Assembly: GCA_965223905.1 (NCBI GenBank)
Contig: CBDCXV010000010.1
Coordinates: 864,001 to 928,000, forward strand
Length of the DNA: 64,000 bases
Direction: 5' to 3'
Source: Candidatus Latescibacterota bacterium
GTDB taxonomy: Bacteria > Latescibacterota > UBA2968 > UBA8231
Positions 49,799 through 59,170 of the stretch are shown piece by piece. The notes beneath the pieces were generated by a model. That model had not been told where the DNA came from and did not search any database. It saw only the letters and a program-made list of their open reading frames with translations. Position numbers and translations under genes: made by a program. Every line of letters starts with the position of its first letter. Position 1 is the stretch's first letter.

Positions 49799-50449
49799 CT
49801 ACTCCGGAGATCCTCCGTTCATCCTGCCGTTTCCCCCCTCCCTTTCCCTGCGCAGCAGCCAGCGCGGAATTCTCCGCAAAGACGTCATGATCTGCTGCAG
49901 CAGCCGCTGATGGCGGGCCTTGCTGACGGTCAGCTCCGCCAGCTTGATCCAGGGGGCGCGCTCCCGCACGTGACCTTCCGCCCTCGACAGATGCGCCCTC
50001 ACCGACTCCTCGGCAAGGCCGAGAAAGCGCGCGATCTCCTCGCAGGAGCTCCCCTCGATATGGAAGAGCACGAAAATCCGGCGGCTTTCCCGGGGAATCT
50101 CGTCCAGGAGGTTCCAGAGTTTCGCCGGCACCTCGACCCTTTTCTCCGAATCCTTGTCCTCCGGGGGGCGCGGCGCTCCCTCCATGTAGGCGTGGACGCG
50201 CCCATCCGGCTCATTCCCCGCCTTTCCCGAGCCCTTCGCCGCGCAGCGGCTGACGGACCCGTTCACAGGCCAGACAAACAGGGCAACGAGCTCCCGCAGG
50301 AAACGGCGGGCTTCCTCTTCCAATGTCTGCACCATCTCCGCAGCAGGCTCCTGCAACGGAACGGCGCGGCAGCTTACGGGTTCCGCCCGAACGAGGCCGA
50401 TGCGGCCTTTTTCATCGTTGCGGATTTTCAGGTCTCTCATGCTCAACAT
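49799..50449 (-). CDS. Sigma-70 region 4 (ECF-type HTH) protein, region 2 not recognisable
   Basis: LDEIPRESRRIFVLFHIEGSSCEEIARFLGLAEESVRAHLSRA. Confidence 0.7.
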   Translation of the reverse strand: MLSMRDLKIRNDEKGRIGLVRAEPVSCRAVPLQEPAAEMVQTLEEEARRFLRELVALFVWPVNGSVSRCAAKGSGKAGNEPDGRVHAYMEGAPRPPEDKDSEKRVEVPAKLWNLLDEIPRESRRIFVLFHIEGSSCEEIARFLGLAEESVRAHLSRAEGHVRERAPWIKLAELTVSKARHQRLLQQIMTSLRRIPRWLLRREREGGNGRMNGGSPE

Positions 50450-50666
50450 GTCGTTTGTTCGTCTCCCATGGCTATTCTCAACGGCTTCACATATCTGACG
50501 GCAATGAACAGCGAAGTACTATGTGGCAGAATGGGTTGTCCCCGACAACGTGCGCAGCTCCCCCCCCTTCGCCACCCCCGGACCGCCTGGCGGCAGTCGT
50601 TGCGGATAGATGGAACACGGGACCTAGTGCTGCTCGGCACAAATGAGCCACTTCACTTTATTACTA

Positions 50667-51888
50667 TCAGGCCATCAGGGCCTTGCCCGTGGAGGTCCAT
50701 TTGAACGGCTTGGCCAGGGTGCGGTTGAAGTATTCGATGAAGGCCCGAACGCGCTCTTTGAGCTGGTCCACCGAGGCGAAGCTGGCGCGTTTGAGCAGGC
50801 GCCGGACCAGGATGCTGAACCACAGCTCCATTTGGTTGAGCCACGAGGCGCGTTTGGGCGTATACACGAACCGAATACGGTGCCCGGGATCGGCCAGGAA
50901 GGCAGCGCGGGAGGCTTTCGAGCGCAGAATCCCGGAGCGCCCCTTCTTTCCCAGATCCTGATCAAGGTCGCACAGAACCGCCACCAGATGCACCCGGGAT
51001 TCGGACTGATGCGTGTTGAGGTTGTCGACGATGAAGATCCATTCGCCCTCCCGATCGGTCCTCAGCGTCTGCAAGAAGTGGTTGGCGAAGTCCTCTTCGG
51101 TGCGCGTCGGGGCCAGGATACGACCGGTGGCGACCTCGAAGTTGGCGATCAGACACTGCGGGCCGTGGCGGATGTAGTGCTCCTCCCGGCGCTCGATATA
51201 TCCGGGAATCGCCGGCGTGGTAGGATGCAGGCGCTCCGTTGCCTGCCGGTCTTCTCGTCGCAGCAGATCAAATGCACCCCGTGCTCGTGGAGCGTCCGGG
51301 CTTGCTCATACAGGGAACAGACCGTGGCCACGTTAGGGCCAAAGGAGTCCGCCTCCTCGGACGCCGGATTGAGCCAAGACCGGGGCCGATGCGGCTTGAG
51401 GTCCGCCTGCTTTTAAAAAACGACCCACCGTACGGGTCGATATGGGAGCCACGATGTTTCGTTTCACCGCCTCTTCGGCCACCTCTCGGGCCGTCCCGTG
51501 GCTCACCGGGCGTTGCGCGTCCTGCGGCAGCTCACAGGCGAGGGCGATAATGGCGACGATTTGCTCGGGGGTGAACACCCCCGGCCAGCCCGCGCGTGGG
51601 GCATCTACCAGAGTCTCGGTGATGCAGCGGCTCACGTCCGACCGGCAGGCGCGGTGTTCGGCCGCGTGCAAGCGCTCCTGGGCCGCCGCCCAGCGTCGGC
51701 GCCACCGGCCCACCGTCCCCACATCCACCCCCAGGTCCCGGGCCAGATCCCGGTTGAGCCCCCTCGGGCCGCGGCCAGCACGATGCGCGCCCGTCGGGCC
51801 AGACGCTGCGCCCCCGTGGAACGACGAACCAACCGCTCCAAATCTCTTGCTGTCGAGCGCTGAGCTCGAGGGCCGGAGCGATTCGCAT
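50667..51888 (-). pseudogene. IS630 transposase with multiple frameshifts
   Basis: RARIVLAAA, TVGRWRRRW, DAPRAG.P, CCDEKTG, IVDNLNTH, SWLNQMELWF, AKPFKW in different frames. Confidence 0.92.
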
Positions 51889-51948
51889 GGGGTTGACGTA
51901 CTCCTTTGGTGTATCGTACGGGGAGGCCGTCGTGGGAAGAAAGGGCAA

Positions 51949-52020
51949 TCAGGGGGGACAGCCCTTGTACTCAGGGGGGGACAGCCCTTGTACTCAGGGG
52001 GGGACAGCCCTTGTACTCAG
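51949..52020 (+). repeat. Three 22-23-bp tandem repeats inside the IS leader
   Basis: tca-g(6-7)-acagcccttgtac three times, then tcag. Confidence 0.95.
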
Positions 52021-52072
52021 CCTCGAAGACCTACTCAAGGATAATAAATAGCTACAATTGTGCCGCAGGACA

Positions 52073-53125
52073 CTAGATCCAGCCGTGGTCGATGGTGGTG
52101 GGTGAGCCCGTGGTCTGGTGGCTCCACCCCAGGCCGCTGTCGAGAAGGACGTCCCGCCCGGTGATCGCCGACTTCTCCGCGGCGAACAGGATCTCCATGA
52201 TGTGGCGGCCGTACTCTCCGTGCGCGGGGGGCTCGATGCCGCTCTCGATCGCCTCGACGAAGCTCTTCCACTCGTTGTGCATTTCGTGCGGGGTGTCCTC
52301 GAACGGCACGTCCTCCCACCGGTCTCCGCGGCCGACCCTGACGTACTTGCCGTCCGCCCCGTGCTGGTTGAAGCGCAGGGTTCCGTTGGCGCAGATCACC
52401 TGGCACTCGAGGTTCGGCGCCCCGTCGGCGAAGCCCACGGCGACGGCGACCCCGCCCAGGCCGTTCTTGTAGCGGATGAAGGCGGTGGCCGAATCGTCGG
52501 CCGCCTGGTAGTGGGCGCGCGTCCCGATCGCCGCCGACACCGAGACCGCCTGCGAGGCCATGACCCAGGTGAGGCGGTCGACGACGTGGACGCCGTTGGT
52601 CAGCCACATGCCGCCGCCGTGGAAGCGGCTGCGGTACTGGGGCCGGCGCGACGGACCGCTCCAGTTCTTCGACATGTAGCTCACCGCGGTGACGAGCTGC
52701 CCCAGCTCCCCGGAGTCGAGGATCTCCTTCGCCTTGACGCTGGTGGCGTAGAAGTGCTGCGACAGGCCCACCATCAGCTTGACGCCGTTGGCCCGCGCCG
52801 CTTCGACCATGTCGTCGCACTGCGGCAGGGAGATCGCCATCGGCTTCTCGACCAGCACGTGCTTGCCGGCGTTGCAGGCGTCGACGGTCAGCCGGTGGTG
52901 GAGCTGGTGGCCGAGCACGACCGCCACGGCGTCGACCTCGTCGTCCTTCAGCAGTTCCGTATGCGAGGAGTGGCCGCGCGGGATGCCGTACTTCTCCATG
53001 AACTCGGCCCGCTTCTCCTCGAAGAGGTCGGCGACGGCGACGGCCTCGACGCCGTCGAGGCCGGAGATGGCGTCGCAGTGCGAGGTGGCGATGCCGCCCA
53101 GACCGATGATCCCTACCCGTACCAT
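52073..53125 (-). CDS. Gfo/Idh/MocA family oxidoreductase
   Basis: GLGGIA, HVLVEKP, GGG....NGVHVVD; its TAG stop is the IS630 target site. Confidence 0.93.
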   Translation of the reverse strand: MVRVGIIGLGGIATSHCDAISGLDGVEAVAVADLFEEKRAEFMEKYGIPRGHSSHTELLKDDEVDAVAVVLGHQLHHRLTVDACNAGKHVLVEKPMAISLPQCDDMVEAARANGVKLMVGLSQHFYATSVKAKEILDSGELGQLVTAVSYMSKNWSGPSRRPQYRSRFHGGGMWLTNGVHVVDRLTWVMASQAVSVSAAIGTRAHYQAADDSATAFIRYKNGLGGVAVAVGFADGAPNLECQVICANGTLRFNQHGADGKYVRVGRGDRWEDVPFEDTPHEMHNEWKSFVEAIESGIEPPAHGEYGRHIMEILFAAEKSAITGRDVLLDSGLGWSHQTTGSPTTIDHGWI

Positions 53126-53162
53126 AAATCCGATTACTCCCTGGTGTGTGCCGCCGCGGCCG

Positions 53163-54488
53163 TCACCCGACCTCCGCCAGCGCCCTGCCGAAGGCCTCGA
53201 CGAAGCCGTCGACATCGGCGGCCTGCGTCGGCAGCGAAACGGCGTTCATGCCGAGGGGATGGCAGAGGAAATACCCCTGGTTCAACAGCGACAGGAACAT
53301 CGGGTTGTTGAGCTCCTTGTCGCAGCGCGACAGGCTGCGATACGAACGCGGCTGCTCGGCGCTGAAGTAGATGCTGAACACCGAGCCGTTGCGCACCGCC
53401 CTGCCGGGGATTCCTGCGCGCTCGAGCTCCTCCTCCACCCCGGAGCACAGCCTCGCGGTCAACCCGTTCACGTGGGCGAAGGCCTCCGGGGTCAGCTGGT
53501 CGAGGGTGGCCCTGCCCGCGGCCATCACCAGGGCGTGGCCGCTGTGGGTGCCGCTCTGGAAGACCGGCGCCGGCCCTGCGGAGTTGTCGGTAAGGTCCAT
53601 GATGTCGCGCCGGCCCCCGAACGCCCCGACCGGGAAGCCGCCGCCGACGATCTTGCCGAAGGTGCTGAGGTCCGGCCGGATCCCGAACTGCTCCTGGATT
53701 CCCCCGGTGCCGACCCGGAAACCGACGATCTCGTCGCACAGGAGAATGAGGCCGTGCCTTCTCGCCGTTGCCTCGACGGCGCGGGCGAACTCCGGCCGCT
53801 GCGGCATGACGCCGGCCTTGGGGTCGAGCATGATGCAGGCCAGCTCGCCGGCGTGGGCGGCGACGATCCGCTCCACCGCGTCCTCGTCGTCGTAGGGTAG
53901 GATGACGACCGCATCGGCGGCGTTGGGGGCCATGCCCCCGGCCCCGGGCACCGCCACCGGCGCCTCCGCGGGCCCGGCCCGGTCGAGCGGTGGGGCGACG
54001 CTGATCTCTACGCCGTCGTGGTTGCCGTGGTACCCCCCTTCGAACTTGGCGATCTTCGGCCTGCCGCTGAACTCGCGCGCCAGGCGCACGGCGTGCAACG
54101 TCGCCTCGGTTCCGGAATTGCAGAAGCGGATGCTGTCGAGGGAGGCGACGCGGCGGCACATCTCCTCCGCCATCTCGACTTCGTTCCCCATGCTCGCCCC
54201 GAGGGCGACCCCCCGTTTCACCTGGCTTGCGATCGCCGCCATGACCGCCGGGTGGTTGTGCCCGAGCACCTGCGCGGTGTGGTGATTGGCGAGATCGAGG
54301 TAGCGGTGGCCGTCGGCGTCCCACACGAACTGGCCCTCGCCACGTTCCAGGGACAGCGGAAACGGGGGGTGGTAATAGGCCCCTTTCACACCGCCCGGCA
54401 TCACTTTTCGGACGCGCTCGAACAGCGCCCGGGAGCGCGGATGGGCGGCGCTGTAACGCTCGGAAACCGCTTCGAATTTCGGGTTCAA
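53163..54488 (-). CDS. Class III aminotransferase (glutamate-1-semialdehyde aminomutase-like; start uncertain)
   Basis: MPGGV, WDADG, NSGTEA, GGYHG, DEIVGFR, FGKIVGGGFPVGA, SGTHSG. Confidence 0.9.
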   Translation of the reverse strand: MNPKFEAVSERYSAAHPRSRALFERVRKVMPGGVKGAYYHPPFPLSLERGEGQFVWDADGHRYLDLANHHTAQVLGHNHPAVMAAIASQVKRGVALGASMGNEVEMAEEMCRRVASLDSIRFCNSGTEATLHAVRLAREFSGRPKIAKFEGGYHGNHDGVEISVAPPLDRAGPAEAPVAVPGAGGMAPNAADAVVILPYDDEDAVERIVAAHAGELACIMLDPKAGVMPQRPEFARAVEATARRHGLILLCDEIVGFRVGTGGIQEQFGIRPDLSTFGKIVGGGFPVGAFGGRRDIMDLTDNSAGPAPVFQSGTHSGHALVMAAGRATLDQLTPEAFAHVNGLTARLCSGVEEELERAGIPGRAVRNGSVFSIYFSAEQPRSYRSLSRCDKELNNPMFLSLLNQGYFLCHPLGMNAVSLPTQAADVDGFVEAFGRALAEVG

Positions 54489-54890
54489 AGTTCCTTTTCC
54501 TCTTCTTCGGAGACCGCCGCGGGCCGGAAAATCCGGTCGCCGGCTGCTTGGGCGGCAAGTGTATGGATATCCCTCGGCGACTGTCAATTTGGGTTCCGGG
54601 CGGGGAACCCTTTCGGCCTCATCGACCGCATTCCCCGGGCACAGGACCAGCGGAACCCGCCGCCCACAGGTGCGTCTCGTTCTGGACGGAAGTCTTTGCG
54701 ACCGGCTCCCTGACCTTACCACTCACCCCGATACTCTTCACCCCAATCCTGGGCGGAAACCGACCCTTCCGGGCGGTTTCAAGAGGCGCGCGCATCTTCA
54801 TATATGGTTACCTTGCGCTGTTCCTGGCACACCCTGCCGAATCGCCCGCACACCGGAATTTTCCACGCCAACCCAAGGAAAGGCACGCCA

Positions 54891-56606
54891 ATGAGATCCT
54901 TTTCAAGGCTAACCTGCCTTTGCCTCTTCTGCGCCGCCGTGACCGCGGCCGCAGCCCGGGGCGAGACCTCTTCCCCGCTGCTGCAGGCCATGCAGGAGGA
55001 ACTGAACCGCTCCTTCAGCCTGCTCCAGGAGCAGCCGGTCCCGCCCTATTACCTCAGCTACGAAATCACCGAGACGCAGAGGGTCAGCGTCCGGGCTTCC
55101 TTCGGGGTGCTGACCTACAGCGACGAATGGCATGGCCGCCAGCTCGATATCGACCTGCGCGTCGGGGACTACGCCTTCGACAATACGCACCAGGTCCGCG
55201 GCAGCCCCACCAATTGGTCCGACCGCTACTCGATGATCGAAGTGCCCGTCGAGGATGATCCGGACGCCGTCCGCAGCGTGCTCTGGTACCACACCGACAA
55301 GAAGTACAAGCGCGCCATCGAACAGCTGACCACGGTCAGGACCAACGTCCAGGTCAAGGTGGAAGAGGAGGACCAGTCGGACGACTTCTCCCGGGAGCCG
55401 GTCGAGCGCCATGTGGAAGAGGTCGCATCCTCCGACATATCCCGCGACGAATGGGAGGCCAGGCTCGGGAAATACACCGCCCCGTTCGCCGAGTACGGCG
55501 ACATCTACGAAGCCAACGCCAGCCTCCGCGCCGATATCTCGACCCGCCGCTACGTCAACAGCGAGGGCAGCGAGATCCAGACCTCGCAGGTGCTCTACCG
55601 CCTATTCATCTACGCCTTCACCAAGGCCGACGACGGCATGGAGCTGCCGCGCTACGAATCCTTCTCCGCCTTTACCCCGGAGGGCCTGCCCGGCGACGAC
55701 GAGGTCCTCGCCCTCGTGGAGGACATGATCGCCGACCTGCACGCCCTGCGCGACGCCCCGGTGGTCGCCCCTTACACCGGTCCGGCGATTCTCTCGGGCC
55801 GCGCCAGCGGCGTGCTCTTCCACGAAATCTTCGGACACCGCATCGAGGGCCACCGCCAGAAACGGGAGGACGAGGGCCAGACCTTCAAGAAGAAGGTGGG
55901 GGAGAAGGTCCTGCCCGAGAGCTTTTCCGTTTACTTCGATCCCACCCGGGGGAGCACCGCCGGCAAAGACCTGGTCGGGGCCTACAAGTACGACAACCAG
56001 GGGGTCAAGGCGCGGCGGGTGGCCGTGGTCGAGAACGGGATTTTCCAGCGCTTCCTCATGTCGCGCTCGCCGATCGAGAACTTCCCCCACTCCAACGGCC
56101 ACGGGCGCAAGCAGTCCGGCTACGCCCCGGTGGCGCGCCAGTCCAACCTCATCGTCGAGACCTCGGAGCCGCTGACCCGGGACCAGCTCAAGGAAATGCT
56201 GATCGAACAGTGCCGCGCCGAGGACAAGGAGTTCGGTCTCTATTTCGAGGACATCCAGGGGGGGTTCACCATCACCGGGCGCACCATCCCCAACGCCTTC
56301 AACGTGCTTCCCATCATGGTCTACCGGATTTACACGGACGGACGCGAGGAACTGGTGCGCGGAGTCGACCTGATCGGCACGCCGCTGACCGCCTTCAGCC
56401 AGATCGCCGCCGGCGACGACCGGATCGGGGTGTTCAACGGCATATGCGGTGCCGAGTCGGGAGGGGTGCCCGTGGCCGCGGCCTCCCCCGGGATCTTCAT
56501 CTCGCAGATCGAAGTGCAGAAGAAATCCAAGTCCCAGGAACGCCGGCCCATCCTCGAAGCTCCTTTCTCCGAGTCCCCTGAAGAAGAAGCGGACGACGTC
56601 CTCTGA
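54891..56606 (+). CDS. tldD: TldD family metalloprotease with signal peptide
   Basis: FHEIFGHRIE (HExxGH), YDNQG, SNGHGR, GICG; N-terminal signal peptide. Confidence 0.88.
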   Translation: MRSFSRLTCLCLFCAAVTAAAARGETSSPLLQAMQEELNRSFSLLQEQPVPPYYLSYEITETQRVSVRASFGVLTYSDEWHGRQLDIDLRVGDYAFDNTHQVRGSPTNWSDRYSMIEVPVEDDPDAVRSVLWYHTDKKYKRAIEQLTTVRTNVQVKVEEEDQSDDFSREPVERHVEEVASSDISRDEWEARLGKYTAPFAEYGDIYEANASLRADISTRRYVNSEGSEIQTSQVLYRLFIYAFTKADDGMELPRYESFSAFTPEGLPGDDEVLALVEDMIADLHALRDAPVVAPYTGPAILSGRASGVLFHEIFGHRIEGHRQKREDEGQTFKKKVGEKVLPESFSVYFDPTRGSTAGKDLVGAYKYDNQGVKARRVAVVENGIFQRFLMSRSPIENFPHSNGHGRKQSGYAPVARQSNLIVETSEPLTRDQLKEMLIEQCRAEDKEFGLYFEDIQGGFTITGRTIPNAFNVLPIMVYRIYTDGREELVRGVDLIGTPLTAFSQIAAGDDRIGVFNGICGAESGGVPVAAASPGIFISQIEVQKKSKSQERRPILEAPFSESPEEEADDVL

Positions 56607-56635
56607 GCCCTTTCCCATCCGGCAGGAGCCATCCC

Positions 56636-58408
56636 ATGCGAACAAGGACCTTCATCCATTCTCTGACGGCCGCTGCCCTCCTGGGGTTCTCCGCCGCCCA
56701 CGCGGAAGACGACACCCTGCAGCGCGCCCTGCGCGACGAGCTGGCGCGCTCGATGCAGCAGCTCCAGCTCGAAGACCTCGAGCCGCCCTACTTCATCTCC
56801 TACCTCGTGCGCGAAGTGAAATCCAGGAGCAGCTCGGCGACCTTCGGCAGTCTGCTCAACAGCGGCGAGGGCCACTCGCGTACCCTCGCTGTCGAAGTGC
56901 GGGTAGGCGACTACGCCCTCGACAACACCAACTTCCGTTCGTTCTCCTTCGGCGGTTCGGGAGTTGTGCGCATGTACGGGGGCAGCATGCGCTTGCCCCT
57001 CGAGGACGACTACGACGAGTTGCGGCGCAAGATCTGGCTGGCCACCGACGGCGCCTACAAGAAGGCGCTCGAGGACCTGGCCAAGAAGCGGGCGGCCCTG
57101 CAGAACAAGACCCGCACCGAGGAAATCCCGGATTTCAGCAGGGAAGAGCCCACCACCGAAGTGGACGAAACCCCGCCCGCGGTGCTGGATCTCGACCTCC
57201 TGGACCGGCGCGTGCGCCAGCTTTCGGGCCTGTTCCGCGAGATGCCCGACATCCATACCTCGCGGGTCGGCTTCAACGGATCCAACACCTCGGTCCGCTA
57301 CCTCAACAGCGAAGGCTCTTCCTTCATCCGGCGGAGCTCCTCCCTGGCCTTCACCGCGGTCGCCGCCACCCAGGCCCCCGACGGCATGCCGCTGGAGGAC
57401 TTCGTCGCCGTGTACTCCCGTTCACCGGAAGAGCTCCCCGGGGACGAGGAGCTGGCCGCGCAGGTCGATGCCATGGGCGAGCGTCTGAAGCAGCTGCGCC
57501 AGGCGCCCCTGGTCGAACGCTACACAGGACCGGTGGTCTTCTCCGGCCAGGCGGCCACGGAGCTGTTCAACCAGGGATTCGTCCCCTCCATGCTGGCGAC
57601 GCGCCGGACCCTGAGCGACAATCCGCAGTACGAGCGCTTCTACCCCCAGAAGAAGGAGAACCCATTCCTCGACAAGATCGGCGTGCGCGTTCTGCCGGAA
57701 TTCCTCGCAGTGCGCGCCGAACCGCTATTGGACGCCTATGAAAAGCTGCCCTTGTTCGGCGGCTACGGGGTTGACGACGAAGGGGTGCCGGCGCGCCGGA
57801 TCCACCTGGTGCGGAAGGGGGTGCTGGAGACCCTGCTGACCACTCGCACCCCCGTGCGCGGCATCGACCGCAGCACAGGAAGTCGCCGCGGTCCGGGAGT
57901 CGCTCCCGGCAATATCCTAGTCGAGGCCGAGAAAGGCCTGAGCGAAAAGAAAATTCGCAAGGAATTCTTCAAACTGATCAAAAGGCAGAAAAAACAGTTC
58001 GGTTACATCGTCACCCACATCGCCAACCCCTCCTACAAGGCCGGCGAGTCCCAGGTTTTCTTCTATTCCTCCGCTTCGGACAACGAGGAGAAGAAGCTGG
58101 AAAACGCGATCTTCGTTTACAAAGTTTTCCTCGACGGCCGCGAGGAGCTGGTGCGCAACGCCGAGTTTGCGGGAATCGGCCTCCATACCTTCAAGGACAT
58201 CGTGAAGGTGTCCAAAACGCACGCAGTCAACACCGTCCCCTTTCGCTCGCAGGATAATTCCTCTCCCTTCGGCGGGGGGCAGGGGGATGAAGTACTCGTG
58301 AGTATCGTCACACCACGCATGGTCCTGTTCGAGGACATCACCCTCAAGCCGCCGACCGGGGAGATCCCCAAGGCGCCCGTGTCGATGCATCCCTACTTCG
58401 ACAAGTGA
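56636..58408 (+). CDS. TldE/PmbA-like non-catalytic partner with signal peptide
   Basis: Paralogous to the preceding gene (PPYFISY, RVGDY..DNT, YTGPV, DDEGV, DGREELVR) but lacks HExxH. Confidence 0.85.
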   Translation: MRTRTFIHSLTAAALLGFSAAHAEDDTLQRALRDELARSMQQLQLEDLEPPYFISYLVREVKSRSSSATFGSLLNSGEGHSRTLAVEVRVGDYALDNTNFRSFSFGGSGVVRMYGGSMRLPLEDDYDELRRKIWLATDGAYKKALEDLAKKRAALQNKTRTEEIPDFSREEPTTEVDETPPAVLDLDLLDRRVRQLSGLFREMPDIHTSRVGFNGSNTSVRYLNSEGSSFIRRSSSLAFTAVAATQAPDGMPLEDFVAVYSRSPEELPGDEELAAQVDAMGERLKQLRQAPLVERYTGPVVFSGQAATELFNQGFVPSMLATRRTLSDNPQYERFYPQKKENPFLDKIGVRVLPEFLAVRAEPLLDAYEKLPLFGGYGVDDEGVPARRIHLVRKGVLETLLTTRTPVRGIDRSTGSRRGPGVAPGNILVEAEKGLSEKKIRKEFFKLIKRQKKQFGYIVTHIANPSYKAGESQVFFYSSASDNEEKKLENAIFVYKVFLDGREELVRNAEFAGIGLHTFKDIVKVSKTHAVNTVPFRSQDNSSPFGGGQGDEVLVSIVTPRMVLFEDITLKPPTGEIPKAPVSMHPYFDK

Positions 58409-58585
58409 ATCAGTGTCGATCCAGGGAAATACATCTTGATCCCCCTCCCGGCCTGCGGTAGTCTCACAGTCTGAGATACTACCCGGGCAGACCGGCCGCC
58501 CCGCATCAGCACCCCGGGGGCAGTCGGCGTCCTCTCCATCTGCACCGCAGCTCCAGCCGGTGTATCCATATGGAGGATTCCTGTC

Positions 58586-59155
58586 ATGCGAGCCCCGAAC
58601 GTGGACGGCGACAACAGCGGAGGAGGGTTACGGGACCCGGAAGGCCATGATGCAGAAAAACCGTATGATATGGTGCAGGCACAGGAGTATTATGCGTTTG
58701 CGAGGACCTATGACGGACACAGCAACGTCGCTTTGAGCGAGGTGAGTTATTACCTCGCGGACTGGATGCACCGGGAACCCTACGCCGACGGCGGCGGGGG
58801 CATAGTCGACAGTCAGCCGATCCATGCGGTGGTCGAGTTTTACGTCACCCCGTTCGATCGATTCATCTGGGACGATCCGGAGCAGAGCGTCATCTCCGAT
58901 CTTTATGTCGACAAGATCATTGGGTTTGCGTTTGGAATGGGAGACACGGACACCGATGCCGAAGGCGGGAACCAAACGTTCGCATGGCACGGCCTGTTCG
59001 GACCGGATGCGTCCTACGATCTGCCCTTCGAGCAGTTGTATTGGGCATCCGACCTGTGGGCCCGGGGTATTCTTCTGGGCTCGGACATCAATTCCGATGA
59101 CACCGGTGTAGAAAGGGTCTCATGGGGCCGCATCAAAGCCAGTCTGAAGGAATAG
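58586..59155 (+). pseudogene. C-terminal half of a SWGRIKASL-tail secreted protein
   Basis: VDGDNSGG, AQEYYAFART, VEFYVTPFD, VSWGRIKASLKE; lacks the signal peptide and N-terminal part seen in the 31-33 kb copies. Confidence 0.75.
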
Positions 59156-59170
59156 ACCTCCGGCCCCAAC

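Larger units (their letters stand above)
50625..52075 (-). mobile_element. IS630 family insertion sequence (defective)
   Basis: Imperfect terminal IRs C-TAGTGctgctcGGCACAA and TTGTGCCgcaggaCACTA-G; TA in CTAG at both ends. Confidence 0.88.

Noticed and set aside
51949-52020. Tandem repeats as a CRISPR array
   Set aside because: The units are contiguous with no spacers, there are no cas genes, and they lie inside an IS.
53163-54488. Assignment as hemL
   Set aside because: Catabolic context and divergent motifs; only the family is supportable.
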